From Balanoglossus misakiensis (Eukaryota > Animalia > Hemichordata), in assembly GCA_040954595.2 (NCBI GenBank), contig CM082588.2, positions 1,107,935 to 1,171,934 of the forward strand: a stretch of 64,000 nucleotides of DNA, given 5' to 3'. Below are positions 61,668-64,000 of the stretch, one piece after another. The position numbers were made by a program, and so were the translations under genes. A model generated the notes under the pieces. The model ran no database searches, was not told where the DNA came from, and worked only from the letters and a program-made list of their open reading frames with translations. Position 1 is the stretch's first letter, and every line of letters begins with the position of its first letter.

Positions 61668-64000
61668 CTGAAAAATTCAACGAAATAAAAAAAAAATCAG
61701 TGGGTGTACTCAAACACTTTCCTATGGTATTGTAATAAAACTCATTCATTAATAATGAACCCCATATTAGATAAAATTAATATTGCAAATTATTTCTCAT
61801 TTATTATTTTGGCAGCTACACTAACTCCTTTTACAAACATAGAAAATAATCGATTGTGAGTCCTGCGTTAAACCATACAAAACGAGAAAATCTTCATAGC
61901 CACAGATTGATGATAGCTTGAATATGTCTGATGCTGAAAACACCAAATGCATTGCTTTCAACACATGAGGATTCTGAAATACTTTTAGTGCAGTGGGAAT
62001 TCTCAAGCTGATACTACATATGGTGACACTGTTTACTGAAATGAACATCATTTGTCCATTTCTGCGGTGTTTTCAGTAACTGTTCTGTCAATCAATTTGA
62101 AATTGACTTATTATGATATACTGGTGCATTATTACAACAAAAACAAAATGTGTTTTTTAACAAAAAGCATCTGATATCCTCAGTGTACCTGGATGAATGT
62201 AACATGGAAAAGCTGATTAGATAAGCATGGAAAAGTGATCATGCACAAATGACAATTCTGATCGATAAAACTGTTTTCCCAAACAATACAACTGCACATT
62301 TAAAGCCTATAATGTATCACGCAACATATTAAAATCTACACGATGAGAAGAATATTGGTTTTTCAATGGAACGCGTTCAATAGACTTGGCTTTCAAGTGG
62401 TGTTGAGATTAATAATTGCATGTAAATGATATGGAAATTGCTCATAATTGGGATATGGAAATCTCGACAGTGCCAGGCACCGACTTTAAGTACTTATTAA
62501 ATCCAAACTGAAACAATTTTCGCGTTGCCATAGTGAGCAATCAGAAGATCAGTTTCGTATTTGAAGTGTCAGATGCAAAACTCGCACTTCTAGAGCAGCG
62601 CGTACTACTCTGCAAAATGTCATTGCAAGCGTTGCCATGGCAAAGCACTTGAATGCACATTTTAAAGTCTCACTTGACCCAATGAGTGAACAAAAATTTC
62701 TACGTTGCTCCGAAAAATTACCTCGCAATTGGTTTGTGGTAGGGAGCACATAATGGCCGTCACAAAAGACATTGGATCTCTTCTATCATTGGTTTCACCT
62801 AGCTTCATGTTGTTTTAGAGGAGAGCGCCGTGGATACCGTGGATCCTTCATGAAGCGTTGTTGTTTATGTGTGACGTTCATTTGTTTTGAGTTGGATACT
62901 TTGTTGCTGGTGCAACTTTCACCGAAGATTGCATCAGCTATCTCCGACACATCCCACATGTTTACAACAATAAACGACGATTAACATACGCCCAAGGTCA
63001 CGGCTAGGGGACGAATACTGGAGGCAAGTCGCAACCCGACAAACAAATGACCTCTGACCCACGTTCTTTCCGTAAGAGATGATGTAATATCACGTACCTG
63101 GAGATTAAAGTGTACACAGCCACTGCCCATCCCCTATACAGTACTGTTTATAACAATATAACTGACAGTTTTGGGATCACAGGATCAATCGCTATTAAAC
63201 GTTTAAGTACCAAGCATGATATTTTTTCCAGTCTGGAGTTTTTATATCAAATAATTAAAGTTAAATACCACTTTTGGTGTCATATTGTGTTGCATGCCTC
63301 TTTGTGTTGTTTTCTTGCACTGAACCTTGTAGAATTGTTGCTCATTTTGGCTAGACTATCCCCAGCTCTCACGATGCTACTCGCTGACAACTGTGCGATC
63401 AGCGTACCACATCTGTGAGTGCAAGTGTCACATTGAATCTATAGGAACACATCACCATTGTGTACCTGGGACAAGAAGGTGACTGGGTGGAGACATACAC
63501 ACAGTCCAGACTCATCCTTGGTGATCATTTTTTGTCATGACTGCGAGGCACGAAAAATGCCACAGCTTGGACCATCTATATTAATCAAAGTCAGAGAAGC
63601 CCAGCTGAGCCTTAATATAATTAATCAGTCAGCTGAGGTGATGTCATGCAGTTTAGATTTTACAAATTTACATATGTAGGTCATCCTGCACTGATAAAAT
63701 AGAGCAAGCTCTGGCTATCATTGATAATGTGTGTTTTTTGGTCATCTCTGACGCAGTTCTGGTTGCTTCTTTTTCAAGCATTGTCACTTACATCGATGTT
63801 GCTCTTCCTCCGAAACACAGTTAATTTTGGATCCAGTTAGAAAAAGCTCAATTGGGCAATTGATTTTCAAGGCACGTACTACCTTAATCAACCAGCAAAC
63901 CTCGCAACAGATTCCGTTCCATGAGAAATTATATTCTTTTATAACTGGGTACAGGGTACTGTTTGCATATCATGTGTACAACACATGAGATGACAAACAA

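Overview
Eukaryotic (animal) genomic DNA; AT-richness, GT-AG introns and gene content suggest an invertebrate deuterostome (inference only). 1-15065 is a tandem array of about 170 copies of an 88-bp satellite. Its first ~80 bp are in the opposite orientation (fold-back junction), and the right half shows higher-order duplication blocks. All ORFs listed there are repeat artefacts. Directly after the array is a tandem pair of paralogous two-exon genes (+; 15923-17328 and 19370-20564) that the ORF track only partly captures. Each encodes a tiny Cys-free mature peptide: 18-aa signal peptide, acidic Ser/Thr/Ala/Pro-rich ectodomain, GPI-anchor signal (CD24/CD52-like architecture). Next is a complete 15-exon SLC5A/SGLT-type sodium:solute symporter (-; 27884-22018, 642 aa) with a strongly remodelled sugar-binding pocket and Na3 site. 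Last is a sestrin gene (-; 61667-31162, 10 coding exons seen, first exon probably beyond the window). It has a 30-nt microexon, a candidate internal promoter with an alternative first exon, a dense ATF4/p53/FOXO motif cluster, a TTAA MITE family, a palindromic minisatellite and hairpins in its introns. All exon structures were read by eye; no database searches were run.
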